In this document: positions 8,750 to 17,323 of the stretch, one piece after another | Layout of the letters: the number at the start of each line of letters is the position of its first letter | Numbering within the stretch: position 1 is the stretch's first letter | UHGV virus genome: UHGV-2167857 | Direction: 5' to 3' (one strand) | Source of the DNA: a virus | DNA length: 27,935 bases | Position numbers and translations under genes: made by a program | Notes under the pieces: model-generated | What the model was told of the DNA's origin: nothing | The model's database searches: none | Seen by the model: only the letters and a program-made list of their open reading frames with translations

Positions 8750-9208
8750 TCAGCGACGGGCCGCTGATTCAAGATGGCGGACAATGGTATCGAGGATGGG
8801 GATTACCACTTCAGGCTGTAGTTCTCCATCCCCCGTCACCGGCAGGAACGGGCGGGCCGGAAGTTCAACAGACTCATTACGCCCCGTTTTACCCCCGAAC
8901 TGGTGAATGGCACCGTAAACAACGTTGGTCCCCACAACAGCCTGCCGGTCGTCATGGTCGGTTGATACTGACCCCATCAGACGCCCGGTATCCTGCAGTG
9001 TCTGCCCGTCACGTTCTTCCGCTGCCAGCGAGGGCATCCACCCCGGACGCCCCTCATCAAGAAAGTTAAACTGTGTTTCCGCCAGCAGGGTTCCGGCGAT
9101 TTTGCGCATCGCGGGCTCCAGGTCTGTGGCAGCAAGATCCAGCGCACGGAGGCTCCGGCGCAGGGATTTATCGTTAATGGTGATACTGACCAGGTTATCG
9201 GAAGCCAT
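8750..9208 (-). CDS. Virion morphogenesis protein (Mu G-like)
   Basis: 152-aa ORF between the F-like and I-like genes; start directly follows the F stop. Confidence 0.7.
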   Translation of the reverse strand: MASDNLVSITINDKSLRRSLRALDLAATDLEPAMRKIAGTLLAETQFNFLDEGRPGWMPSLAAEERDGQTLQDTGRLMGSVSTDHDDRQAVVGTNVVYGAIHQFGGKTGRNESVELPARPFLPVTGDGELQPEVVIPILDTIVRHLESAARR

Positions 9209-9210
9209 TG

Positions 9211-10032
9211 TTATCCTCTCAGTTCCTGTTGTGCCAGTGGCTGAAGCGTACCCTGATAGCGGGCCAGGTCGGGACGGTATGCTGCCCCCGGTGCATAAGA
9301 CCAGCCGACGTCGGTGGTCACCTTCGTGGTGCCGGTATTAAAGGTGGCCACGTTCCGCATTTCGCCGGTTTTCTCTGAGACCAGTTTCAGTTCCTGGCCC
9401 ATGGCAGAGCCGGAGCTGATAACCTTCAGGCCACGGGCACGTACATCCGCCGCACTCAGGGCAATCACACTACAGCGGCAGCGCCAGCCGTTCGGCGGGT
9501 AAAATGCCTGCCAGAACGGGTCATCCCAGCGCAGCACCAGACCATGCAGCGCCAGATGGCTCCTGCGGGTATGGCTGTCGTTGATGCCGGTATACATCCA
9601 GTACGGCCTGTCGTCGACGTTTTCCATCTGTTCCGCCCAACGACCGGCGCTGTAGAGTACGGACATATTGGTGCGAAAGATGGTATCGAGCCGCCACGGA
9701 CTGCCCTGCTGAATGGTGACCGGCTCACCCGTTACCGGGTCAGTCGTGTCACGTGGTCCCCACCATCCCTTACGCTTCAGCACCGGCTCCAGCTCCTGCC
9801 GGAACCAGCGATCGGTTTTTCCTTCATCGACAGCCTGCTGCAGTGCCCCGCGAATATCTTCCAGGATATCCAGGCGGGTCACTTTAGCAACGGTAAAGGC
9901 GCGGGCATGGGCCTCCTGCCACATTTCTTCCCAGTCCCAGGTAATCTGATATCCTTTGGACTTCAGGTAGTTGATTGCCCGCTTCGGGGGAAGCGTCATG
10001 CAGTACGCCAGTTCAGCCGTTGTCACGCTCAT
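9211..10032 (-). CDS. Minor head / head morphogenesis protein (Mu F-like)
   Basis: Directly downstream of the portal gene. I place the start at ATG 10032 (about 20-nt overlap with portal) rather than the track start at 10059. Confidence 0.7.
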   Translation of the reverse strand: MSVTTAELAYCMTLPPKRAINYLKSKGYQITWDWEEMWQEAHARAFTVAKVTRLDILEDIRGALQQAVDEGKTDRWFRQELEPVLKRKGWWGPRDTTDPVTGEPVTIQQGSPWRLDTIFRTNMSVLYSAGRWAEQMENVDDRPYWMYTGINDSHTRRSHLALHGLVLRWDDPFWQAFYPPNGWRCRCSVIALSAADVRARGLKVISSGSAMGQELKLVSEKTGEMRNVATFNTGTTKVTTDVGWSYAPGAAYRPDLARYQGTLQPLAQQELRG

Positions 10033-11509
10033 GCAGACGTCCCCGGATATTTGCCACAAAGAGAATGCGGGCCAGCCGCTCCTGCAGATCGTCCGTGTTC
10101 ATCTGAGGGTAGAGCTCCGCCAGTTCGCCCAGCAGCTCAGACGGGTTAACCCCGTTTTCGACCCGCCTGAACAGAGGTGCCAGGACGGGTTCCAGCGTGC
10201 CATTTAACGCGCCTCCGTTCATCAGAATGTCCAGCGCGTCGTCAAGCTGCTGCTGAGCCTGAATATCAGCATCAATCGCCTCGGCAAATGACAGCGGCAG
10301 CATGTTATTCTGGCGTTCCGACGGTGGTGTCTCGTCAATATCGCCGTCCTGCAGTTGGTACTCACGCTTGAAGTACTGCGGGGTCAGACGCAGACCCGCC
10401 CGGGTGAGTTTTTCGTCGCGGGTGGCACGGGTGTCATCAATGGCCTCCTGTTCCCACATGGCCCAGACCGGACACGGCACATCGCCGAAGTTCAGGGTGA
10501 CCACCGTTCTGATGACCTGATTCACTGCCGCCTGAATGATGTCCGCATCCGCATCGCGGATATCAGCCGTTACCTCCAGCCCGGCCTGTGCAGAGGCCTT
10601 GTTACTGTTCGCTTCCGTGGTCTGATTCTGACCGAGTAATGCAATGGAGATCTCACTGCGTGACAGTGTGATCAGCTCGCGAAATACCTCGCTGCTGTCT
10701 GCCTTGCCATCCGCTGCCCTGAGCTCAATACTGCTGTCATCGGGGATGGCGGCCACCGCGTCCTCCACCATCTGCTCCATGGAGTCCAGCAGTTTTTCAA
10801 TCTCTGCATCATTTGCGCCCCTCGGGTGCTTACCGATCACCCACGGGGAGCCAAACTTTTCGGCAAAGCGGAGCCAGAATTTCATCCCGCCTTTCTTGAA
10901 GGCGACCGGCCAGAAGCACATGGACAGGTCCGGGAAACCGTAAGGATTGTCATACGAGGCATCCTGTGCCGGCACCACGAATTTTGACGGTGACAGCAGC
11001 TCACCCTCCACACCCGCATCACGCGCCCGAAAGCGCAGGCAGTTGTCCGTATCAAACTGAAACCACTCAGGCGGTTTGCCGACAATATCCGTCACCGCCC
11101 ACGACCTGACCGAACGGCCCCACATGATTTCACAGGGCTGATACCCGTAGAGCACGGCATCGCTCATTTCACCGATGATGCGGGACAGATCCAGATCGTC
11201 GAGCATGTCGCGGATGAAACGGAAGACCCGGGCAGAGGCGTGACCACGCTCCAGTCCACGCTCCAGCGATTTGAGCGCTGCTTTACGTCTGCGGATACAG
11301 CCCCCGACCAGCGGGTCGGTGCGCAGTTCGCGGTAGATACGGATATCCCGTCCCTGAGCCTTGAGAATGGGATCAGGATTGGGCAGATACATGCCCAGTC
11401 CGTAAAAGTCGATCGCGCGGCTGCGGGAGGCAATCTGCGCGGTCAGTGATTTCTGAGGCTCAGAAAAAGCAACAAATTCATCGGGTGAAACCCAGATACC
11501 CCTCGCCAT
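10013..11509 (-). CDS. Portal protein (Mu gp29-like)
   Basis: 498-aa ORF whose start overlaps the large terminase stop; terminase-portal-F order. Confidence 0.8.
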   Translation of the reverse strand: MARGIWVSPDEFVAFSEPQKSLTAQIASRSRAIDFYGLGMYLPNPDPILKAQGRDIRIYRELRTDPLVGGCIRRRKAALKSLERGLERGHASARVFRFIRDMLDDLDLSRIIGEMSDAVLYGYQPCEIMWGRSVRSWAVTDIVGKPPEWFQFDTDNCLRFRARDAGVEGELLSPSKFVVPAQDASYDNPYGFPDLSMCFWPVAFKKGGMKFWLRFAEKFGSPWVIGKHPRGANDAEIEKLLDSMEQMVEDAVAAIPDDSSIELRAADGKADSSEVFRELITLSRSEISIALLGQNQTTEANSNKASAQAGLEVTADIRDADADIIQAAVNQVIRTVVTLNFGDVPCPVWAMWEQEAIDDTRATRDEKLTRAGLRLTPQYFKREYQLQDGDIDETPPSERQNNMLPLSFAEAIDADIQAQQQLDDALDILMNGGALNGTLEPVLAPLFRRVENGVNPSELLGELAELYPQMNTDDLQERLARILFVANIRGRLHERDNG

Positions 11510-13104
11510 CAGAATCCCTCCAGCATACGGGCCGCCTGACGACGACGGCGTGAGCTTGCCTTCACCGGCCCTTTGTTAATTTCACGGCTGGCGAAATACG
11601 CCAGCGCCAGTGCGATGGCTGAATCCCCGTGGCGTTTACCACCGTCAGCCTTTGCTTTTGAGCGTTGCTCCGGTACGCGGGGGACACCGTTCACCACCTG
11701 AACGGCCCGCAGGTCATCCAGTGTGTCTTCATCCTTTGGTAAGTCCACCAGGTTACCGTCTTCCAGTGCAGCTTTGACCGGAGGCATATGCTCCCGGTAC
11801 CAGCCTTCGGTTGGCATCACCTGCTGAACCCGGCCGGAGCCGTAGCGCTGCATGGCGTATTCAGCCAGATAGGCACCATTACCACGGGCATCAAACGCTG
11901 CACCCAGCAGACCGGGCAGGCCATCCATCAGATACCAGGTGATTTGCTCCTGCTGTCTGAACGGCACGTTACGCAGCTCCAGTACGAATGGCACGCGTCG
12001 TACCAGGTTCTTCTCCTGCAGCAGGGGATAGTCCACCGACAAATCACCGCTACGGCCAAAGTCGCGCCCCAGGAAAGAGCGGGCATCAGTGGGGAGTGCC
12101 TCCAGCAATGGTTTCAGATACTCATCAAGCCAGTCCTGCGTCTCGCGGAAGCGAACCTCATCAGACAGCAGTTCATAACCTTCCTTGCAGGTCAGACGCA
12201 ATACCGGCGTATCAGCGGACATGCGGGACTCTATCAGGGCACGGGACAGCCAGGCACCGCCACCGTTGGCCGGAATACAGTCAAGCTCTTCGGATGCGCC
12301 GGCACCGTAGAATTTGTACACCGATGCCATCCAGGCTTGCTCGGATGCCTCCGACCATTCCTTCCCGGTGCGCAGACAGACGCGCCGGAACAGCCCCTCA
12401 GATACGGCTTCCCGGAAAGTGATGCGATGTATGCTGCCTCCCTGACGTCCGGCACGGATATCCCCGATAAGCGTATTGAACGGATTGTCGTCACCGTCAT
12501 GGGTGGAGATAACGCGTACCTTTCCCCCCCAGATAAGCATCGCCAGCGCCGCTTTCAGCAGTTCGTCCAGTTGCTCATGGAACGCCGCTTCGTCGATAAC
12601 AATAATACCCTGACGGCCACGCAGGTTAGACGGGCGGCTGGAGAGCGCAACAATACGAAAGCCGGAGTCAGGAAATTTGATGGTGTAAGTCTTGATGTGT
12701 TTGTCGTCGTCGTCCTCTTCCCAGAATCCTTCTTCAATTTCACTGGCCGCATAGTTGAATGCCCGTGCCCACATCGCACACGCCTGAATGTATTCGACGG
12801 TCATGTCCTGGTTATAAGCGATGTAATACACATTCATCCCGCCTGCTGGCGCAGAAGAGGCGGCGGTCAGTACGTTATCGGATGCCTCAGCCCATGTAAT
12901 ACCGGTACGACGGCTCTTTTCTATCACCTTAAGCGGAGAGGTGTCTGCCACCCAGCGCTGCTGGTAAGGCAACAGAACGGGAGGGGCATCCAGCGCCGAG
13001 GTATCAGGCAAAACGGGAGCAAGGTTATTCCTCCCGTCCATGGGACTCATCCCTTCGGGGCCGCCGCCAGCGGCGTTTAAAATCACTCCGGATGATTTTG
13101 TCAT
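11509..13104 (-). CDS. Terminase large subunit (Mu gp28-like)
   Basis: 531-aa ORF with an acidic DDDD stretch and a nuclease-like C-terminal half; follows the small-subunit-like gene. Confidence 0.8.
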   Translation of the reverse strand: MTKSSGVILNAAGGGPEGMSPMDGRNNLAPVLPDTSALDAPPVLLPYQQRWVADTSPLKVIEKSRRTGITWAEASDNVLTAASSAPAGGMNVYYIAYNQDMTVEYIQACAMWARAFNYAASEIEEGFWEEDDDDKHIKTYTIKFPDSGFRIVALSSRPSNLRGRQGIIVIDEAAFHEQLDELLKAALAMLIWGGKVRVISTHDGDDNPFNTLIGDIRAGRQGGSIHRITFREAVSEGLFRRVCLRTGKEWSEASEQAWMASVYKFYGAGASEELDCIPANGGGAWLSRALIESRMSADTPVLRLTCKEGYELLSDEVRFRETQDWLDEYLKPLLEALPTDARSFLGRDFGRSGDLSVDYPLLQEKNLVRRVPFVLELRNVPFRQQEQITWYLMDGLPGLLGAAFDARGNGAYLAEYAMQRYGSGRVQQVMPTEGWYREHMPPVKAALEDGNLVDLPKDEDTLDDLRAVQVVNGVPRVPEQRSKAKADGGKRHGDSAIALALAYFASREINKGPVKASSRRRRQAARMLEGF

Positions 13105-13646
13105 GTGGCAATCCCCAGAATCTCGCGACGAAGCGCCTGTACTGCGTCGCTTGACAGTCCCCCCTTACGGGCAATTTTCTCGGCGTTGCTGGCTGCCTGC
13201 TGCGCTCTGGCCCGTACTTCAGACTGGAACTTTTTGAGGTTGACGGACGCGCGGGACAGCGTAGCCACATTCTTCGCCACCTTCGACAGCAGGGCCACGC
13301 GTTCTTTAGGATCGACTTCGCCTTCTTCCGCCTCCTGCAACTGGACAATACTCTCGAACAGCTCGGTCTGAATAAGGGCTATCACAGCCTCCGAACGCGC
13401 ATCCTGATCGTCTGCTGCGCCTTCGGTCAGCATGCGGGCCGCTTCTGTTGCCGCACGGATAGCACCATAGCGGCGCTCAATCTTCTGTCCATAGCGATGG
13501 ATAGCGGATTTGCTGATGACGTACCCCCGCTCACGCAACAGTGACTCCAGCTCGTTATACCCGCTGAAGCCGGATTCAGTCAGCGCCCGTTCAAGCCAGC
13601 GGCGCACGTCTTCCGGCAGCTTTTCTATTGTGCTGCGTCTGGCCAT
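13101..13646 (-). CDS. Terminase small subunit-like protein (Mu gp27-like)
   Basis: 181-aa ORF with an N-terminal HTH-like segment (PEDVRRWLERALTESGFSGYNELESLL) and a coiled-coil C-terminus, immediately upstream of the large terminase. Confidence 0.6.
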   Translation of the reverse strand: MARRSTIEKLPEDVRRWLERALTESGFSGYNELESLLRERGYVISKSAIHRYGQKIERRYGAIRAATEAARMLTEGAADDQDARSEAVIALIQTELFESIVQLQEAEEGEVDPKERVALLSKVAKNVATLSRASVNLKKFQSEVRARAQQAASNAEKIARKGGLSSDAVQALRREILGIAT

Positions 13647-13957
13647 TATTCACTCCAGTACTTTTCCGGGCGGGCAATACCCGGACCACATTCCACGGTG
13701 TATTCCACCAGGTCTACGCCGAGGCGGGTCAGGTCAGCAAACCAGTCGCCAGAAGGTTTTTTCTCCAGATCAACCATTTTACGGTCAGCCAGATAATCCA
13801 GTTCGCGGCGCAGTTCCAGCGGTGTGGTGTCCGGGTAGATGGCACGGGACACATCCAGCAGCAGCGTCTCGCTGGCGGTGTAAGGGCGGGTCTTGTTCAG
13901 GGCAACCAGCAGACTCCAGCGCAGGGATTCGCGGCGTACCCGGGTAATATCGACCAT
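13646..13957 (-). CDS. Hypothetical protein (Mu gp26-like position)
   Basis: 103-aa ORF coupled by ATGA overlaps on both sides within the late operon. Confidence 0.45.
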   Translation of the reverse strand: MVDITRVRRESLRWSLLVALNKTRPYTASETLLLDVSRAIYPDTTPLELRRELDYLADRKMVDLEKKPSGDWFADLTRLGVDLVEYTVECGPGIARPEKYWSE

Positions 13958-14283
13958 TATTGACCTCCGGTATTGCGGTACTGCTGTACCACTTCCAGTT
14001 TGTTATAAAGCGCGTCCAGTTTGGCCTCAATGACTGTCTGGCCACGGATATAATCCTCTCGACGGACATAATTCAGCGGTAAATCCGCTTTAAATCGCAT
14101 AAATTCTTTTTCCAGCTCGCCCCAGTTGGAGGCGGATTGTTGCAGGGCCTGTTCAAGGGAGGCGAATCGTGCCGCCTGGCGTTCTTCTGTTTTACTGAAC
14201 AACCATTTGGCGAGCCCTCCCACAAACCCCATGAAGGTGAGCAGAAAACTCACCACCGTCCAGAATTCAACCTGCAGTGTCAT
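13957..14283 (-). CDS. Small membrane protein, Mu gp25-like (possible releasin-type lysis accessory protein)
   Basis: 108 aa with an N-terminal TM helix (VVSFLLTFMGFVGGLAKWLF) then a coiled coil; directly downstream of the spanin genes. Confidence 0.5.
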   Translation of the reverse strand: MTLQVEFWTVVSFLLTFMGFVGGLAKWLFSKTEERQAARFASLEQALQQSASNWGELEKEFMRFKADLPLNYVRREDYIRGQTVIEAKLDALYNKLEVVQQYRNTGGQ

Positions 14284-14930
14284 TTCTGTAATCCTTCCCG
14301 TTCATCCAGCAGCGCGTTTATCTGGTTCCGCCAGCGACGACATTGCCATGCGTTGTCGATGATGTTGGCGAGAACGTCACGCTGGGAGACACCCGAATCG
14401 CGTAACCGGGTGTCAGTGGTTTCAGGTTGCCCGGTCGCTGTGCCAGAGCGGGTGCCAGCGGCGGCAACTGAGTCTGAATGACCGGTGTCGACGGATGCGT
14501 TGTCATATCCGAGTGCGGCGTTGTACTGGCGCACGAAACCGCGAGTAAACACGCACTCAATGGGATGGCTCTTACCTTTTTCATCAATCCAGCGCTGTGT
14601 GACATCGTTAATTTGCCCCTGTAGTTGTTTATTCCGGCTCTCCAGTTGAGCAATCTGCTCAAGATAACCGGCTTCAGCCCGCTGCCCGGCGGCCACCTGC
14701 TCCTGATACCGTCTGGCCCAGGCCCGCAGCGCAGCATTCTCAAGCGTTGCCTGCTCCGTTTTGTACGCGTCAAATGCTGACTGCAACTGACTTAGCGCGG
14801 TATCACCGTCACGCTTTGCAGAGTCATGACCACTTCTGTATCCCATGGCATACAGGCCGACCAGAAAGGCATTGATAAGAATGGCCAGCAGAATGCCGCG
14901 CCACGGCAGCTTTTTAATCAGATGCCACAC
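14280..14930 (-). CDS. Inner-membrane spanin (Rz-like)
   Basis: N-terminal TM (WRGILLAILINAFLVGLYAMGY) then a Gln/Ala-rich coiled-coil periplasmic domain. I place the start at GTG 14930 with GGGGAGG about 7 nt upstream, just after the endolysin stop. Confidence 0.6.
   Translation of the reverse strand: MWHLIKKLPWRGILLAILINAFLVGLYAMGYRSGHDSAKRDGDTALSQLQSAFDAYKTEQATLENAALRAWARRYQEQVAAGQRAEAGYLEQIAQLESRNKQLQGQINDVTQRWIDEKGKSHPIECVFTRGFVRQYNAALGYDNASVDTGHSDSVAAAGTRSGTATGQPETTDTRLRDSGVSQRDVLANIIDNAWQCRRWRNQINALLDEREGLQK
14318..14584 (-). CDS. Outer-membrane lipoprotein spanin (Rz1-like), embedded in the Rz-like gene
   Basis: Alternate-frame ORF wholly inside the Rz-like gene; from MKKVRAIPLSACLLAVSC (lipobox-like AVSC) into a Pro-rich mature region. 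Confidence 0.6.
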   Translation of the reverse strand: MKKVRAIPLSACLLAVSCASTTPHSDMTTHPSTPVIQTQLPPLAPALAQRPGNLKPLTPGYAIRVSPSVTFSPTSSTTHGNVVAGGTR

Positions 14931-15654
14931 AACTGCTGCCTCCCCATGTGAGATATCGCGGTGCCAGTTCGCGCAGGATGCGCTGCGGATAATGGCGGTT
15001 CTCCCGCCAGCTGGCCGCATTGCGTCCGGCATTCACCGTGGCGACATGTCCGAACCAGCGGGTGCTGTCCAGACCTTTCTGTGATGCAAGCCGCCTGTCC
15101 CGTTGTACCCAGCCCAGACCACCGTTATAGCCCGACAGTGTCATGGCCATACGCTCGCAGTCACTGGCGGCGCTGACACGCTGCCACAGCCAGCGGTCAT
15201 AGCTGACCAGCGCCCGGATAGCCCATGCCGGATTAAACGGCTCACGACTGCTCAGCATCGGTATCAACTGGCTTATCCAGTCGGCAGTGGCAGGCATGAA
15301 CTGCGCCAGTCCCTGAGCGCCAGCCGGCGAGATCGCATCAGGTCGCCAGCCGCTTTCCTGATGCAGTTGCGCGGCGAAATCGGCCACCGGCGCAGACAGT
15401 CCCCATTCAAGCCGGGCATTACGGATCACATCATCGCGATACTGCAGCGCAGCCTGCGGAGGTTGTGCTGCGCATGCCTGGCTGAAAAAGCCGCCACACC
15501 AGAGCAACATTGCGACAAAGAATACCCATGCCATATGAACCAGAAAGGTCCCGGCGCGGACTGACAGGCGTTCGGTTCTGATGAAGACCCGAAAGGCTTC
15601 GAAAGCCAGTTTCAGGGACATGCATACAATCCAGGTGATCTGCGGCCAGTTCAT
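14914..15654 (-). CDS. Endolysin, soluble lytic transglycosylase (SLT) family, probable signal-anchor-release or secreted type
   Basis: SLT catalytic-region motif QLHQESGWRPDAISPAGAQGLAQFMPATADW; hydrophobic Gly/Ala/Cys-rich N-terminal segment (MAWVFFVAMLLWCGGFFSQACAA). Start may instead be the internal ATG at 15534. Confidence 0.8.
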   Translation of the reverse strand: MNWPQITWIVCMSLKLAFEAFRVFIRTERLSVRAGTFLVHMAWVFFVAMLLWCGGFFSQACAAQPPQAALQYRDDVIRNARLEWGLSAPVADFAAQLHQESGWRPDAISPAGAQGLAQFMPATADWISQLIPMLSSREPFNPAWAIRALVSYDRWLWQRVSAASDCERMAMTLSGYNGGLGWVQRDRRLASQKGLDSTRWFGHVATVNAGRNAASWRENRHYPQRILRELAPRYLTWGGSSCVASD

Positions 15655-15656
15655 GA

Positions 15657-16007
15657 TTAAAGCCCCATCGCAACAGCCAGGCAGACCGCTGCAACAATCA
15701 GTGCACGGCGGATTAACGCAGCAGAAAACACCAGGTGAAGGCCGGTCTGTACCGGGAAACGCCCTTCAGCCATCAGCCTGTCGTCATGTTTCAGGTACTG
15801 ACCGGGACGGGCTTTGGGGAAGAGCGAACGGTCAAGCCAGTAACCCAGCACTGCTGCCAGCGTGATGAGTGCCAGCTTGTAGATCACAACAGGCAGCTGC
15901 TGTGGTGAGACCAGAGCGATGGTGCCCAGCAACAGCACTGAGGTCAGCAGCCAGCCGCTGAGGCGAGGTTTTTTAACAGGGGGAATGAATTTTTTCAGGT
16001 TTTTCAT
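15657..16007 (-). CDS. Putative holin (three predicted TM helices)
   Basis: First gene of the late operon, directly upstream of the endolysin. Start placed at ATG 16007 with AAGGAG upstream; three hydrophobic helices. Confidence 0.55.
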   Translation of the reverse strand: MKNLKKFIPPVKKPRLSGWLLTSVLLLGTIALVSPQQLPVVIYKLALITLAAVLGYWLDRSLFPKARPGQYLKHDDRLMAEGRFPVQTGLHLVFSAALIRRALIVAAVCLAVAMGL

Positions 16008-16137
16008 GTGTGTCTCCTTATCTGGTGGAGACAGCATCACAAATACAGGGCGCGAAGGATTTTAAAGCGCGTTAAGAGAGCCGGGGATACGGGATGTGCA
16101 GGATAAACGATGAATTATTCACAGAGGAGAATACGAT
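16008..16137. promoter_or_regulatory. Divergent intergenic region: probable late-operon promoter (leftward) and promoter of the P-loop gene (rightward)
   Basis: 130-bp non-coding gap between two divergent genes with good SDs; the only sizeable non-coding DNA at the head of the late operon. Confidence 0.35.
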
Positions 16138-16614
16138 ATGACGCACACACTGAATCCGGTCATCACTGTCACTGTGTCCGGTCCTGTGGGCAGCGGTAAA
16201 AGTTACGTACTGGCGCGGATAGAAGAGATGGTGAAACAGGAACTCGGAAACAGCGTCATTGTCGATGCTGCTGACGTGGAGAATGAGCGCCGTATGAATG
16301 GCGAAGATCTGACGACCTGGCAGAAGCCACGGGGTGGCACAGTGATCAGGCTAGAGGAATACACGGGACAGGGCCTGTTGTCATACGGCGAGGAGCGTAT
16401 CTGTCGGACGAATGAGCTGCTGGATGTTATATGCCCCACGGGCCGGCAACCCTGGATACTGCCCGATGCACTGCATGCCACCATTGCGGCACTGATGACA
16501 GTTTACGATCAGGAGCTGCTCATGAAGGAGTTACGTAAACTCACCGGTCAGCCAACAGAATGTTGTTCGTCTCCGAAGTACGGCAAACAGGAAAACGCCC
16601 CGGATAATCCTTAA
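16138..16614 (+). CDS. Small P-loop protein of unknown function
   Basis: Strong SD (GAGGAG) before the ATG; Walker A-like GPVGSGKS at residues 15-22, then a hhhhD-like stretch SVIVDAAD about 20 residues later. Confidence 0.5.
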   Translation: MTHTLNPVITVTVSGPVGSGKSYVLARIEEMVKQELGNSVIVDAADVENERRMNGEDLTTWQKPRGGTVIRLEEYTGQGLLSYGEERICRTNELLDVICPTGRQPWILPDALHATIAALMTVYDQELLMKELRKLTGQPTECCSSPKYGKQENAPDNP

Positions 16615-16620
16615 GATACC

Positions 16621-16652
16621 TCCTGAACAGAAACAGCCCTGAAGGGCTGCAC
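16621..16652 (-). terminator. Probable intrinsic terminator of the repressor operon
   Basis: Perfect 6-bp GC-rich stem (CAGCCC / GGGCTG, plus 16634-16649) with 4-nt loop, 2 nt after the 16652 stop, followed on the minus strand by UUUCUGUUC. Confidence 0.45.
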
Positions 16653-17239
16653 TAAAAAAAGAAGTGTATTATTGCCCAAACAGCTATAACGATGATTCCC
16701 AGCCCAAGAGCCGATTCTAACTTATCTTTGGCAGTCATTTTTACTGTTGTAGCGGGCGCAGGTAAGTCTTGCTGCTGTGGATTTTCTGTTAGTTGTTTAC
16801 GAGAAGAAACATCGCCCCTATTAGTTTGCTTCATGTTGATTACAGATGCGTTATGGGCATTATCAGCAGCAATTGACTGAAGTTTTACAAAAGTTTTTGA
16901 ATCTGTTTTAGCCAGAAGTAACCTATTTCCCGTAAACATTGCCTTAAAAGTGATAGTTTTTTTCGTCTTGTCCGCCGCACCAAGCAAACCTCCAATGACC
17001 AACCCTGCACCACCAAAGATTAATCCACCAAGCAAACCTGCGCCTGCCGCCTTACCTATACGGCTTTCCTCTTCACTATCCGCAAGTTCAATCGATAAAA
17101 GCTCTTCTTTCAGATTTAATACAATATTTTCAGGAAAGCCTTGTTTTGGTTTTTTGGCAAACACGATGGTACCGAACCCCATGCTTGCCCACCCTTTAGG
17201 AAAACTTCCTGCGATAACCTGAATCCCTGCCATGTTCAT
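16652..17239 (-). CDS. Glycine-zipper membrane protein, unknown function (cargo)
   Basis: Central motif GAGLLGGLIFGGAGLVIGGLLGA and C-terminal TM (LGLGIIVIAVWAIIHFFF); AT-rich; last gene of the repressor transcription unit. Confidence 0.5.
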   Translation of the reverse strand: MNMAGIQVIAGSFPKGWASMGFGTIVFAKKPKQGFPENIVLNLKEELLSIELADSEEESRIGKAAGAGLLGGLIFGGAGLVIGGLLGAADKTKKTITFKAMFTGNRLLLAKTDSKTFVKLQSIAADNAHNASVINMKQTNRGDVSSRKQLTENPQQQDLPAPATTVKMTAKDKLESALGLGIIVIAVWAIIHFFF

Positions 17240-17323
17240 CACCTTTTACATTAAAATTTCAGAACGCAGCATGATGCCGCCTTTGTCTTTTTTCTGATCC
17301 CATGGTAATTCAGCTGTTATTTT

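Noticed and set aside
8719-9069. 116-aa plus-strand ORF reaching into the G-I gap
   Set aside because: Mostly antisense to gene G; Pro/Arg-rich with no SD. The gap is better explained as regulatory DNA.
11788-13080. 430-aa plus-strand ORF
   Set aside because: Entirely antisense to the large terminase gene; no SD and no recognisable motifs, whereas the terminase frame fits the operon context.
16008-16040. Upstream extension of the holin ORF (track start at 16040, MMLSPPDKETH...)
   Set aside because: The internal ATG at 16007 has a proper AAGGAG SD and the extension adds only a short polar leader.
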